From: an uncultured Candidatus Rokubacteria bacterium
Lineage (GTDB): Bacteria; Methylomirabilota; Methylomirabilia; Rokubacteriales; DASRDR01
Assembly (NCBI GenBank): GCA_963826115.1
Contig: CAWGVS010000012.1
Span: 192,001-256,000 of the forward strand
Length of the DNA: 64,000 bases
Direction: 5' to 3'
Position numbers and translations under genes: made by a program
The notes under the pieces: model-generated
Seen by the model: the letters and a program-made list of their open reading frames with translations, nothing else
What the model was told of the DNA's origin: nothing
The model's database searches: none
Shown: piece after piece, positions 1-10,560 of the stretch
How the letters are laid out: the number at the start of each line of letters is the position of its first letter
Position numbering within the stretch: position 1 is the first letter of the stretch

Positions 1-1128
1 CGGTGGCCTGCGCGCCGCTCGCCACGCCGGGCGGGGGCCGGGCCGCCGAGGCCGGGGGCGCCGCGATCTGGGTGTACGGCGCCGAGCGGTGGACCGCCGA
101 GGAGCGCGATGCTCAGCTCGCCCGCTTCGCCAGCTTCGCGGGCCGGCTCTACCTCAGCGTCGAGGACGGGCAGCGACTCCTGGTCGACGACCCCGACGGC
201 GGCCGGCTCGGGGAGTTCCTCGACCGGGCGACCGGGCGCTTCGGGCTCCAGGTGGAGGCCATGCTGCTCCAGGACCCCGGCTGGGCCGGCGATCCGGTGG
301 GCGCGACCGAGCGGGTCCGGCGCGTGGTCGCCTACCACGCCGCGCGGCGGGCGAAGGGCCTGCCCGGGTTCGCGGGCCTCCACTTCGACATCGAGCCGCA
401 CAGCGAAGAGGTCTGGGCGTGCGCCACGCCGGCCGAGCGCGCGGCCACGCTCCGGAGCCTCCACGAGGTCTTCCGCCGGGCGCGGGCCGCCGTCGCGGAT
501 GGCGCCTCCGCCCCCGCGCCGCTCGTGACCGCCGCCCTGCCCTGGTGGCTCGGGCACCTCTCGGTCGACGTGCCCAACGCGGCGCCGGCCGAGTGGCTGG
601 CCGAGCTCGACGAGGTCGTCCTGATGGTCTACGGCGACCCCGGCGGGACCGCTGGTGGGCGAATCCGTCGCGGCGGTCGTCCGGCGCATCGACGACGAGC
701 GGCTCTGGCGCGACCTGCCGCCGGGCCGCGGGCTCCGCATCGGTCTCGCGACGTTCGAGCACAAGGACCTCGGCGCGCTGCGCGCGACCATCGCGGGCGT
801 CGAGGCCGCGTTCGGCGCGCGCGCCGGGTTCCGCGGCGTGGCCATCTTCGCGAACGACCAGGTCTGGGACGCGCCGCTGGTCCCCTTCGTCGAGGGCCGC
901 GTGGTCGACGCGAGCGGCGGCGCCGTGGCGGGCGCGCGACTCCAGGGCGCCGGCCACGACGTCCAGTCCAACCGCTGCGGCGGCTTCGGCTTCAAGGGGC
1001 TGCCCGTCGAGGGCGTCGAGCTCGAGGTCACCGCGCGCGGCTATCTCCCGGCCCGGGTCCCATTGGGACGGCTCACACCCGGGCGCGTGCGCGAGCTCCC
1101 GCCCGTCCGTCTCGAGCGCGCACCGTGA
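1..1128 (+). CDS. 5'-truncated lipoprotein-like/glycoside-hydrolase-like protein with C-terminal carboxypeptidase-regulatory-like (Ig-like) domain; +1 frameshift near 650
   Basis: Frame +3 reads GFAGLHFDIEPH...EVVLMVYGDPG (TIM-barrel hydrolase-like). It continues in ORF 655..1128 with VEGRVVDASGGAVAGA...FGFKGLP...LEVTARGY. The stop overlaps the next GTG (GTGA). Confidence 0.6.
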
Positions 1129-2916
1129 GGCCGCCCGTCCGGCGCACCCGGCGCGGGAGCCGCCTCCCGCCGCTCCTGCTGCTCGCCGTCGTCCTGTCGG
1201 CGTGGCAGCCCGCCGCCGGCCAGACGACGCCGCTCGACGAGGCGCGCGCCCTCGCCCGCCGGGGACGCCTGGAGGACGCCGCCGCCGTCTGCTCGCAGCG
1301 GCTCGCGGCGCACCCGGAGGACCTCGAGGTGCGCAAGGAGCGCGCGCGGCTCCTCGCCTGGCTCCATCGGCCCGACGAGGCGCTCGGGGACTACGAGCAC
1401 GTCCTGGCGGTGACGCCGCGCGACGCGGACGCCGCGCTGGCCCGCGCGCGCCTCCTCCTCCGGCTGGACCGGGTCGACGAGGCCGAGCGCGCCGTCCGGG
1501 ACACGCTGGCCGCGGAGCCCGGCCTCGCCGACGCCCACGTGGCGCTGGGCGGCATCCTCCTGCGCCGCGGGGAATCCGCGGCGGCGGCGGCCGAGTTCAC
1601 GCGGGCGCGCGAGCTCGCCCCGACCGACGCCGCGCCGCTCCTCGGCCTGGCTCGCGCGCGCGCGAGCGCGGGCGACGCGCCCGGCGCCATCGTCGCGCGC
1701 GCGCAGGCGCTCGCCGCCATCGACGGGCGTCTGTCACGGGACCCGTCGGACCGCGACGCCCGCGTCGCCCGCGCCCAGGTCCTCGCCGGGCTCGGGCGCG
1801 ACGACCAGGCGCTGGCGGAGTACGACCGTGTCCTCCGGTCGTCGCCGGGCGACGTGGAGGCGGTCCTCGGCCGGGTGCCCATCCTCCTGCGCCGCAACCG
1901 CCTCGACGACGCGACCGCGGCCGCGCGCCAGGCCGTCGCCCTCGATTCCAAGTCGGCCGACGCCTGGACGGCGCTCGGCGATGCGCTGACGCGGCAGCAG
2001 CAGCTCGACGAGGCCGCGCGCGCCTACACGGAGGCGCGGGCCCTCGCGCCGGGGGCCGTCGAGCCCGTGCTCGGGCTCGCCCGGATCCGGCAGCGCCAGT
2101 CGGACATCGCGGGGGCACGCGCGGGCTACCAGGAGGCGCTCCTGCTCGACCCGCGCAACCAGGACGCCGTCGACGCCCTGGGTCGCCTCGCCCGCGCCGA
2201 GGAGACGCTCCCGGTCCGGCGGTTCCGGCTCTACGTCACCGGCCGCTACGAGGCGCTCGAGGGGCGCAGCGACTGGATGCAGGAGACGGTGGTCCTCGCG
2301 GTGCGGCCCCGCCCCGGCACCTCGTTCTTCGTCGGCCTCGACCAGTACCACCGGAACGACCGTGACGACACGCAGCTCTCGATCGGCGCCGGCCAGGCGC
2401 TGCCCTGGAACCTTTCGCTCGCGGGCAGCTTCTCCTACGGCATCGACGCCGAGGTCATCGCGCAGGAGATCTACGAGGTCGAGGTCACCCGGCCGATCGC
2501 GCCGTGGATCACGCCCTCCCTGCGCTTCCGCTGGTCCGACTTCGTCGGCAGCACGTACGCCGCCTCCCTGGCCCCCGGGCTCGAGCTGACCTGGGAGAGC
2601 TACGTGGCCGTGCTGATGCGGTACTACTTCACGCACTCCTCGGACGCGGGGGACGGCCACGCGGGCTCGGTGCGGGTCTCCCTCTTCCCCGAGAACCAGT
2701 GGAGCGTGTACGGGTCCGTGGCGCTACGGGCGCGAGACGTTCATCGCGGACACCGCCGAGGAGGCGGTGCGCGGCCTCGACGTCCTGACCCTCGCGGCCG
2801 GGGTCGTCTGGCGCATCCGCGACAACTTCGGCGTCCGGCTCGACTACGAGTTCGAGGACCGGCGGGGGTCGTACACGAAGCATGGCGTCGGAGTCGGCGT
2901 CATCTTCGACTTCTAG
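1125..2916 (+). CDS. TPR-repeat protein fused to YaiO-like outer-membrane beta-barrel; +1 frameshift near 2723
   Basis: Signal peptide (LLLLAVVLSAWQPAAGQ), many TPR-like helices, then amphipathic beta strands. The shifted frame ends ...YTKHGVGVGVIFDF* with a C-terminal Phe barrel signature. Confidence 0.8.
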
Positions 2917-2921
2917 CCGGG

Positions 2922-3990
2922 ATGCTCCCGGAGCCGGCCTACGCCCTGGTCCTGATCGTCGTGGCGTCCATGGGCGCCATCATCGGGCTGGTCTTCGTGC
3001 TGATGATCACGCAGCGCGTGCTCTCGTCGATCGTGAGCGGCTACGCGCGGCGGCGCGAGCGGGTGCTGACCCCGTGGCTCCTCCGGGCGCTCGAGGATCC
3101 CGACAGCCTCCCCCGGCTCCGCCGCGTGCTCCGCCCCTTCGACCGCCTCGTCGTCCGCACGGTGCTGCTCCGGCTCGCGCTCGATCTCCGCGGCGAGGAA
3201 TCGCGGGCCATCGCCGACCTCTACCGGGAGCTCGGTCTCCTCGACGACGAGCTCCGCGCGCTCTCGGCCTGGCGCGCCGGGCGGCGCGCCGCGGCGGCGG
3301 CCAACCTCGCGACCCTGCGCATGCCGCGCATCCAGCGCCAGCTCGTCCGCGCGCTCGACGATCCCGAGCGGCGGGTGCGGATCGCGCTGATCCGGGCGCT
3401 CGGGGAGATCGGCGACCGGCAGGCGCTGCTCGCCCTGATCCCCCGGCTCGGCGAGAGGAGCCCCACGGTCGTGCGGCAGGTGGAGCAGGTGATGGTGGAC
3501 CGCGGGCGCGAGGTGGTCACCGAGATCGTGGCCTATGCGGCCACGACCACGAAGCGGCGCGGGCGCCGGGCGGCCGATCGAGGTGCTCGGCCTCCTCCGC
3601 GCGCCGGGCGCGGCCGACCTCCTCCTCGAGCTCGTCCGCGATCCGGACCGCGAGCTGCGCATCCGGTCGGTCAAGGCCGCGGCCGCCATCGGGGACCCGC
3701 GCTTCCTCGACGCGTACCACGAGCTCCTGGCCGATCCGGTCTGGGAAGTCCGCTGCCAGGCCGCCAAGGGGCTCGGGACCCTGGGGAGCCCCACCTCCGT
3801 GACGCGCCTCCGCGCCGCGCTGGCGGACGACCACTGGTGGGTCCGCTTCTACGCGGCGGTGGCGCTCGCCGAGCTGGGCGGCCCGGGGCACGCCGCGCTG
3901 GAGGCCGCCACCGACGACGCCGAGCCCACGGTGCGCGACATGGCCCGGTACCTGGTGGCGCGCGGGTCGATGCTGCCGGTGCTGCCATGA
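2922..3990 (+). CDS. Membrane-anchored HEAT-repeat protein; +1 frameshift near 3570
   Basis: N-terminal TM helix, then HEAT repeats (LDDPERRVRIALIRALG, LADPVWEVRCQAAKGLG, LADDHWWVRFYAAVALA). The C-terminal part is in ORF 3535..3990. Confidence 0.85.
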
Positions 3991-5410
3991 CGTGGCGGGG
4001 AACGGCCACGCTCCTCGTGATGATCTTCAACGACGCGGTACTGGTCTACTTCCTCGCCATCAGCCTCCAGTACCTCGCGCTGATGGTGATCGGGTTCTGG
4101 GAGACGCTCCGGGTCCTGCGCGAGGTCCAGTGGCAGGACGAGCGCCGGATGATGCAGTCGCCGTTCACCCCGCCCGTCTCCATCATCGCCACCGCCTACA
4201 ACGAGCAGGCGAACATCGTCGAGAGCATCCGCTCGCTCCTGACGCTCCACTACCCCCGGTTCGAGGTCATCGTCGTCAACGACGGGTCCACCGACCGGAC
4301 CCTCGAGATCCTGACCGAGAGCTTCGCGCTCCGGAAGGTCCCCCGCAGCTTCGAGTACCTCGTGCCGTGCAAGCCCATCCGCGGCGCGTACGAGTCGACC
4401 GTCTTCCCGAACCTGATCGTCGTGGACAAGGAGAACGGCGGCTGCAAGGCGGACGCGACGAACGGCGGGCTCAACTTCGCGATGTACCCCCTGGTCTGCG
4501 TGCTGGACGCCGACTCGGTCCTCGAGGACAACGCCCTCCTCCGGACCGTGCTTCCCTTCGTCCAGGATCCCGGGCGGACGGTGGGCACCGGGGGGGCCGT
4601 CCGCATCGTCAACGGCTGCGAGGTCCGCGGCGGACGCGTGCAGCGCGTCCAGCTGCCGTGGCGGCTCATCCCCTTGATCCAGGTCGTCGAGTACCTCCGG
4701 AGCTTCCTCTTCGGGCGCATGGGCTGGAGCCGGCTGAACGCGCTCGCCGATCATCTCCGGCGCCTTCGGCGTCTTCGACAAGCAGCTCATCCTGAAGGCG
4801 GGCGGGTACGCCGGGACCAGCATGGCCGAGGACTTCGAGATGGTCATCCGGCTGCACCGGTACATCGGCGATCACCGGCTGCCCTACCGCATGCGGTTCG
4901 TGCCGGACCCGATCTGCTGGACGGAGGTACCGGAGACCCTCCGGGTGCTCCGGCGCCAGCGCACGCCGGTGGCACCGGGGGCTCCTCGACACGCTGCTCC
5001 GCCACCGGAAGATGGTGGGCAACCCGTCCTACGGACCGGTCGGGCTCCTCTCCCTGCCGGCGTTCGTCGTGTTCGAGCTCCTCGGCCCGATCGTCGAGCT
5101 GCTCGGCTACGTGGTGGTCCCGATCTCGTACATGGTCGGGATGCTCAACACGCGACACATGCTCGCGTTCCTGGCGGTCGCGTTCCTCCTGAGCATGATG
5201 CTCTCGATCTTCGCGGTCCTCCTGGACGACATCACGTTCCGGCGCCACGCGCGGGCCCGCGACCTCGCCCTCCTCATCCTGGTCAGCATCGTCGAGAACA
5301 TCGGCTACCGGCAGATCACGGTCTGGTGGCGGGTGCGCTCGTTCTGGGAGTATTGGCGCGGGCAGACCGGGTGGGGTCAAATGGAGCGTCGCGGCCTGAG
5401 CAACGCGTGA
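3987..5410 (+). CDS. Processive GT2 glycosyltransferase (PgaC/IcaA-like); +1 frameshifts near 4745 and 4965
   Basis: Motifs AYNE, VVNDGSTD, KENGGCKADA, LDADS, ISGAFG and AED. QRTRW (QxxRW) is restored after frame correction. C-terminal TM helices are in ORF 5012..5410. Confidence 0.9.
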
Positions 5411-5428
5411 GCATGAGCGCATGACGTC

Positions 5429-7709
5429 ATGACGCCCCCCGCCAACGACGCCCTCGCCCGCGCCCGGCGCCAGCTGGAGGCGCTGGAGACCGCGACCCGC
5501 GCGCTCGGGAGCGCGAGCGACGTCGGGCCGGCCCTCGCCCGGATCGCCGCCGCGGCCGTCGACCTGGCGGGCGCGGACGTCGCCTACGTCACCGCCACGG
5601 ACCCGGGGAGCGCCGTGCCGCGCGTCCTCGCGCGCGCGGAATCCGAGGCCGCGGGGCGCCCGGGCGCCGACTCGCCGGCGGCGGCCTCGAGCGCCGTGTC
5701 CGGCGAGGTCAGCCTTCCCGTGGTGGTCGAGGCGGAGGTGGTGGGCCACCTGGTCGTCGCCTGGCCGCGGGGGCGGCCGGGCGGCGAGCTGGACATGGAG
5801 GCGCTCGGGCGGCTGGCCGGGCTCGCGGCGGTCGCGATCCGGCACCGGCGACTGGCGACCGCGCTGACGGGCGGGCGCGATCCGGCGACCCCGCGGGCCG
5901 AGGACCTGGTGCGCGTCGCCGGCCAGCTCCGCCGCATCGTGGACGCCGCCAAGGACGGCATCGTGACGACGGACGGCGGCGGGCTGATCGCGTCGGCCAA
6001 TCCCGCGGCCGAGGCGCTGTTCGGCTACCCCGCGGGCGCGCTCTACGGCCGGCCGGTGGCCGTCATCCTCCCGGGGCTCCAGCTCGGCGGGACCGCCGCC
6101 GCCCGGGGGGCGGCGGGAACCGAGGTCGAGGGCGTCCGCGAGGACGGCTCCCGGTTCCCCGCGGAGCTGTCGGTCAGCACCGTGGTCTCGGACGCCGGGC
6201 GGGCCTACGTCGTCATCGCCCGCGACGTGACGGAGCGGAAGGCCGTGGAGCGCATGAAGGACGAGTTCGTGGCGATGGTCTCGCACGAGCTCCGGACGCC
6301 CCTGACGGCGCTCCGCGGCCACGTCGAGCTGGTGCTGGACGGCGACGGCGGGCCCGTGACGGAGATGCAGCAGCGCTTCCTCCAGGTGGCGACCCAGAGC
6401 GCGGACCGCCTCGGGGCGCTCATCAACGACCTCCTCGACGTCGCCAAGATCGAGGCCGGCCGCGTGCAGCTCCGCAAGGAGCTGGTCGACCTCCGCGCGG
6501 TCCTCCAGGAGGTCTCGGGGACCTTCCGGATCGAGGCGACGCGCCACGGCCTCGACTATCCGGGAGGAGCTCGGCGAGCTGCCCGCCGTCGTCGGCGACC
6601 GGGACCGCCTCATCCAGGTGTTCGGGAACCTGGTCTCGAACGCCATCAAGTACACGCGCGCCGGCGCGGTCGGCGTGAGCGCCCGGCCGACCTACGGCGC
6701 GGTGGAGGTCGTGGTCCACGACACCGGAATCGGCATGACGCCGGACGAGCAGCGTCAGCTCTTCACCAAGTTCTTCCGGAGCCGCGACCGGTCGGGACGG
6801 GACCCCGGGGGCACCGGCCTCGGCCTGGTGATCGTGAAGGGTATCGTCGAAGGTCACGGCGGCACGCTCGCGGTGGAGAGCGCGCCGGGCGCGGGCACCC
6901 GCGTCCGCGTCACGCTGCCGGCCGTCGGCGGCCAGCCCGGCGCGGGCGTCGAGCAACGGCAGGAAGCGGCGACGGTGCTGGTCGTCGACGACGAGGTCGT
7001 CCTGCGCGATCTCCTCCTCGAGTACCTCCAGATGTGGAACTATGGCGCGGTGCCCGCCGCCAGTGGCGCCGAGGCGCTGGAGCTCGTCCAGCGCATCAAG
7101 CCCGATCTCATCATCCTGGACGTCGGGATGCTGCCGATGAGCGGGGTGGACGTCCTGCGGCAGCTCAAGAAGGATCCCGCGACCCGGGCGATCCCGGTGC
7201 TGCTGCACTCGGTGGCGGACGAGCCCGAGCAGATGCTGGCGCTCGGCGCGACCGACTTCCTCCGCAAGCCCGTCACCGGCGCGCGGCTCCGCGAGGCGAT
7301 CGTCCGCGCCCTCGACAAGTCGCCGGTCCCCCTGTTCGTGCTGGACGGCGACGACCTCCGGGGCAACCGGATCCGGCTGGTGCTGGAGGAGACCGGGCTC
7401 GACGTCGGGCCGGCCCGGACGCTGGCCGACGCGCTGGCCATCCCCGCGATGCCGGCGCCGATCGTCGTGCTCGGGCCGCGGCTCGCCGACGGGGACGCCG
7501 CCACGCTGGTCGTCCGGTGGAGCGCCGACCCGGCGTTCCGCGACGCCGCCGTGTTGCTCGTGGGACCCTGGCCGCCAGACGCCATCCCGACCGGGCCGGG
7601 CTGTCACGTCGAGCTCCTCCGCGGCCAGCGGGCCACCGATGCGTCCGGACGCGTCCGGACGCTGATCGCCGAGCGGCGCGGCGGGGACCGGAGCCGGGCG
7701 CGTGGCTAG
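5429..7709 (+). CDS. Hybrid sensor histidine kinase (GAF-like, PAS, HisKA, HATPase, receiver); +1 frameshift near 6560
   Basis: VSHELRTPLT, NLVSNAIKYT, DTGIG, GTGLGL and receiver VLVVDDE...ILDVGM...FLRKP. No TM segments seen. Confidence 0.9.
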
Positions 7710-8070
7710 GATCCTGCTGGCGGAGGACGAGCAGCAGATCGGCGACATGGTCGCCTTCAAGCTCACCAACTCGGGGCACCACGTCGTTCGCGTAACCGAC
7801 GGCGAGGCGGCGCTCGCTGCCGCCGAGCAGGAGCGCCCTGACGTCATCATCCTCGACGTGATGATGCCGCTGGTGGACGGGTTCGCGGTGCTCGGGCGGC
7901 TCAAAGCGCATCCCGAGCTCCGCGCGATCCCCGTGATCATGCTGACCGCCCGCGGCCAGGAGCGGGACGTCCTCTCCGGGCTCCAGGCCGGCGCGGCCGA
8001 CTACATCGTGAAGCCCTTCAGCCTGAAGGAGCTGATCGCGCGCGTGGACGTCGCCCTCCGCGGCCGCTGA
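7702..8070 (+). CDS. Single-domain response regulator (receiver only)
   Basis: ILLAEDE, IILDVMMP, MLTA and YIVKPF motifs; 122 aa; overlaps the kinase stop. Confidence 0.95.
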   Translation: MARILLAEDEQQIGDMVAFKLTNSGHHVVRVTDGEAALAAAEQERPDVIILDVMMPLVDGFAVLGRLKAHPELRAIPVIMLTARGQERDVLSGLQAGAADYIVKPFSLKELIARVDVALRGR

Positions 8071-8176
8071 GGCGGGCGGCGCCGCGGCCCGCCCCCTCGG
8101 CGCTGGACAGCCGCGGGCCCGTCTGGTAACGTGGCGAGCGCTTCAGGCGGTTCTCGCCGTCCAGTGGCGGCCCGGT

Positions 8177-8252
8177 GGACAGGTAGCTCAGTTGGTAGAG
8201 CACGGGACTGAAAATCCCGGTGTCGGGGGTTCAACTCCCTCCCTGTCCACCA
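8177..8252 (+). tRNA. tRNA-Phe (GAA)
   Basis: Acceptor stem GGACAGG/CCTGTCC, D arm GCTCAGTTGGTAGAGC, anticodon arm CGGGA-CTGAAAA-TCCCG, T arm GGGGGTTCAACTCCCT and encoded CCA; 76 nt. Confidence 0.97.
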
Positions 8253-8412
8253 TTTTTCTTTGTCCAGATTCGACGGGCACTTCTGGAACGTACTCCTGGG
8301 CTCAGTCGCGCCGTCTACTCCCACGAGCTTTGACCGATTCTTTGCCCAGCGGGACGACGACGCGAGCGGCGATGCTCGCGGAGTCCGATCGAGGGCGCAA
8401 CACGGAGGGGGC

Positions 8413-8754
8413 GTGGAGACTACCAAGCCGAGCGGCACGAGCGAACTCGGGGGAGTAATCGCGCAGGGCAGGCTCGTCGAGTATCAGCCGGGCTCAGTCG
8501 TCAGTCGCACATTGGTCAAGAAGCCCGCGGGCACCGTCACGGCATTCGCATTCGACGCGGGCGAAGGGCTCAGCGAGCACACCGCGCCCTACGATGCGCT
8601 CGTGCTTGGGGTCGACGGCGAAGCGGAGATCTCGATCGCGGGCGTCGTCCATCGCGTGGCGATGGGTGAACTCCTCGCGCTCCCGGCTGGCCAGCCCCAC
8701 GCGGTCAGGGCGGCGACGCCGTTCAAGATGCTTCTGGTCATGATCCGGGCGTAA
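8413..8754 (+). CDS. Cupin domain protein
   Basis: TVTAFAFDAGEGLSEHTAP...PAGQPHAV...FKMLL. GTG start follows GGAGGGG; the longer ORF from 8260 is unlikely. Confidence 0.85.
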   Translation: METTKPSGTSELGGVIAQGRLVEYQPGSVVSRTLVKKPAGTVTAFAFDAGEGLSEHTAPYDALVLGVDGEAEISIAGVVHRVAMGELLALPAGQPHAVRAATPFKMLLVMIRA

Positions 8755-8836
8755 CGTGCGTCCTGGCGTTACGGCGTAGCTCGCGACACCGCTCGTGGTG
8801 AACACCGAGGCCACGGCGGTGCGCCCCACCGCCGTG

Positions 8837-9280
8837 CTAGAACAACGCGCCGGTCCGGAAGTCGACACCGACAATGACGAGGGCGACGGCGAGGGCGGTC
8901 ACGATGAGGATGTGGGCGGCCAGCAACCCCAGGTTGGAAGTGTCGAGCCGAGGGATCAGGCGCAGTCGAGCGTGCAGAGCCAGCGCCACTGTGAGCCCGA
9001 GCAAGAGCAGCTTCGTGCCGATGCGCACTTCGAGGTCGCTCCCGAACGCCAGCCAGCGGCCCACCGGGACGAATTGGCTAGCGAGCCAGATTCCGGTCAG
9101 CACCTGGACGATGAGCGCGGGGATCCCGATCTTCTCGAAAGGCGTTTCGAATGCGCGGAGGATGCGAGGATCGCGCCGGGCCAGCGCGGACGGGAGCACG
9201 GTGATCGCGAGCACCAGATGACCACCCGCCCATACACACGCTCCGAGGATATGCAGCGTCAGCAGCAGAGCGCGCAAGAC
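8837..9280 (-). CDS. CopD-like 4-TM membrane protein (start uncertain)
   Basis: LHILGACVWAGGHLVLA...IGIPALIVQVLTG...ALHARLRLIP...LAAHI, hydrophobic helices carrying His residues. Confidence 0.7.
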   Translation of the reverse strand, partial: VLRALLLTLHILGACVWAGGHLVLAITVLPSALARRDPRILRAFETPFEKIGIPALIVQVLTGIWLASQFVPVGRWLAFGSDLEVRIGTKLLLLGLTVALALHARLRLIPRLDTSNLGLLAAHILIVTALAVALVIVGVDFRTGALF

Positions 9281-9484
9281 GTCACCAGGGAGGTGATGAG
9301 GACGGGCATTGGCGGATCGCGAACCCCACGACACGAGAGTCTCACGCAAGTACAAGAGAGCCAAGATTCATGCCCAGCGGCGAACCGCCGGAGAGAGTCA
9401 TAGCTGGGGCGGCGAAGATCTGCTGGCACGCCAACCGAGAGAGGCTCTGTCCTTTCGGCGCTCCCTCAGCTTACGGAAGGCACC

Positions 9485-10192
9485 ATGATATCCGTTGGAA
9501 TCCGGCGCCCGGAGCGTCAGCGTTCGACGCGGCCGGCGCGAGATGGCATCGCGCTCCAGCAGGTGCTGCTCGTCTCCGGCGTCATCTCTTCGGCCCTGTA
9601 CGTCGCGGCTGACCTGCTCTGTGCCGTGCGGTATCCCGGCTACAGCATCAGGGATCAGGTGATCAGCGAGCTGCCCGCGAGCGGCGCTCCCACGGCGCAG
9701 CTGTGGTCGAAGGCGATGATGATCTACGCGATTCTCGTGCTCGCTTTCTCGATGGGAGTGATCCGGAGAGCCTGCGACAACCGTCGACTGCGGACCACGG
9801 GCGCACTCGTGCTCCTCTTCATCCTTTCCGGTCCACTCTGGTCGCTCGTGCCCATGCATTCGCGCGGCACCGACATTACATGGCAGGACACGGGGCACCT
9901 GATCATGGGAGGCGTAACGATCGTCCTGCTGCTCTTGTTCATGGGCGCCGGCGCATTCGCGCTCGGCCGCCGGTTTCGGGTGTACTCACTCGCCTCGATG
10001 GCCGCGGTCCTCGTCGCCGGTCTGGGCACGTTCGCGTATGTGCCGCTCGTTGCAGCTGGGGCGCCGACACCATGGGTGGGCATGATGGAGCGCCTCATGA
10101 TCGACGCATACTTGGCGTGGATCGCGGTTCTCGCGATCGCGCTGCTGCGCCGCTCCCCAGACGCCGCATTACGCAAGGAGGTCGCCTCGTGA
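9485..10192 (+). CDS. DUF998-like multi-pass membrane protein
   Basis: YPGYSIRDQVISEL...PMH...DTGHL...VGMMERL pattern with about 6 TM helices. Confidence 0.75.
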   Translation: MISVGIRRPERQRSTRPARDGIALQQVLLVSGVISSALYVAADLLCAVRYPGYSIRDQVISELPASGAPTAQLWSKAMMIYAILVLAFSMGVIRRACDNRRLRTTGALVLLFILSGPLWSLVPMHSRGTDITWQDTGHLIMGGVTIVLLLLFMGAGAFALGRRFRVYSLASMAAVLVAGLGTFAYVPLVAAGAPTPWVGMMERLMIDAYLAWIAVLAIALLRRSPDAALRKEVAS

Positions 10193-10241
10193 CGCGCACG
10201 GTCGCAGCGCCTCGCGTATCGATCGAGCTCTACGCTCGGAC

Positions 10242-10288
10242 GACTGAGAATCCCGGTGTCGGGGGCTCAACTCCCTCTCTGGCTACCA
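10242..10288 (+). repeat. Degenerate direct repeat of the 3' part of tRNA-Phe (attR-like)
   Basis: gactgagaatcccggtgtcgggggctcaactccctctctggctacca versus 8206..8252 gactgaaaatcccggtgtcgggggttcaactccctccctgtccacca. Confidence 0.9.
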
Positions 10289-10329
10289 TTTCTTTCTCGC
10301 CACTTGCGGCCCCGGGAGCTCAACGGCCG

Positions 10330-10540
10330 CGCGCGGCGCCGGCGCGCCGGCGGGAGCGGCTGGTGCGCTACCTCGTGCGTGCGCCGCTGGCGCTCGACGG
10401 CTGACGAGAGCACGGGCAGGCGCCTCCTGTACCACTTCCGGCGTCCCTGGCACGATGGCTCCAGGGCGCTCCTCTTGGAGCCCCGGGAGTTGCTGGAGCG
10501 GCTCGCCGCCCTCGTGCCCCCACCCGGCCGGCCGCTGATA
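10330..10540 (+). mobile_element. IS91/ISCR-like (Y2 rolling-circle) transposase remnant
   Basis: RRERLVRYLVRAPLAL, then a frame change to LLYHFRRPWHDGSRALLLEPRELLERLAALVPPP, resembling the conserved C-terminal region of IS91-family transposases. Truncated at both ends. Confidence 0.75.
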
Positions 10541-10560
10541 ATGAGGGCGCTCAGCGCCAG

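Noticed and set aside
3-5192. 1729-aa giant ORF as a single fusion protein
   Set aside because: It is a chimera of four separate genes joined by out-of-frame Arg/Pro/Gly-rich stretches after +1 frameshifts; each gene has its own start and stop.
10242-10288. Second functional tRNA
   Set aside because: Lacks the 5' acceptor strand and D arm; the anticodon loop and T loop are mutated.
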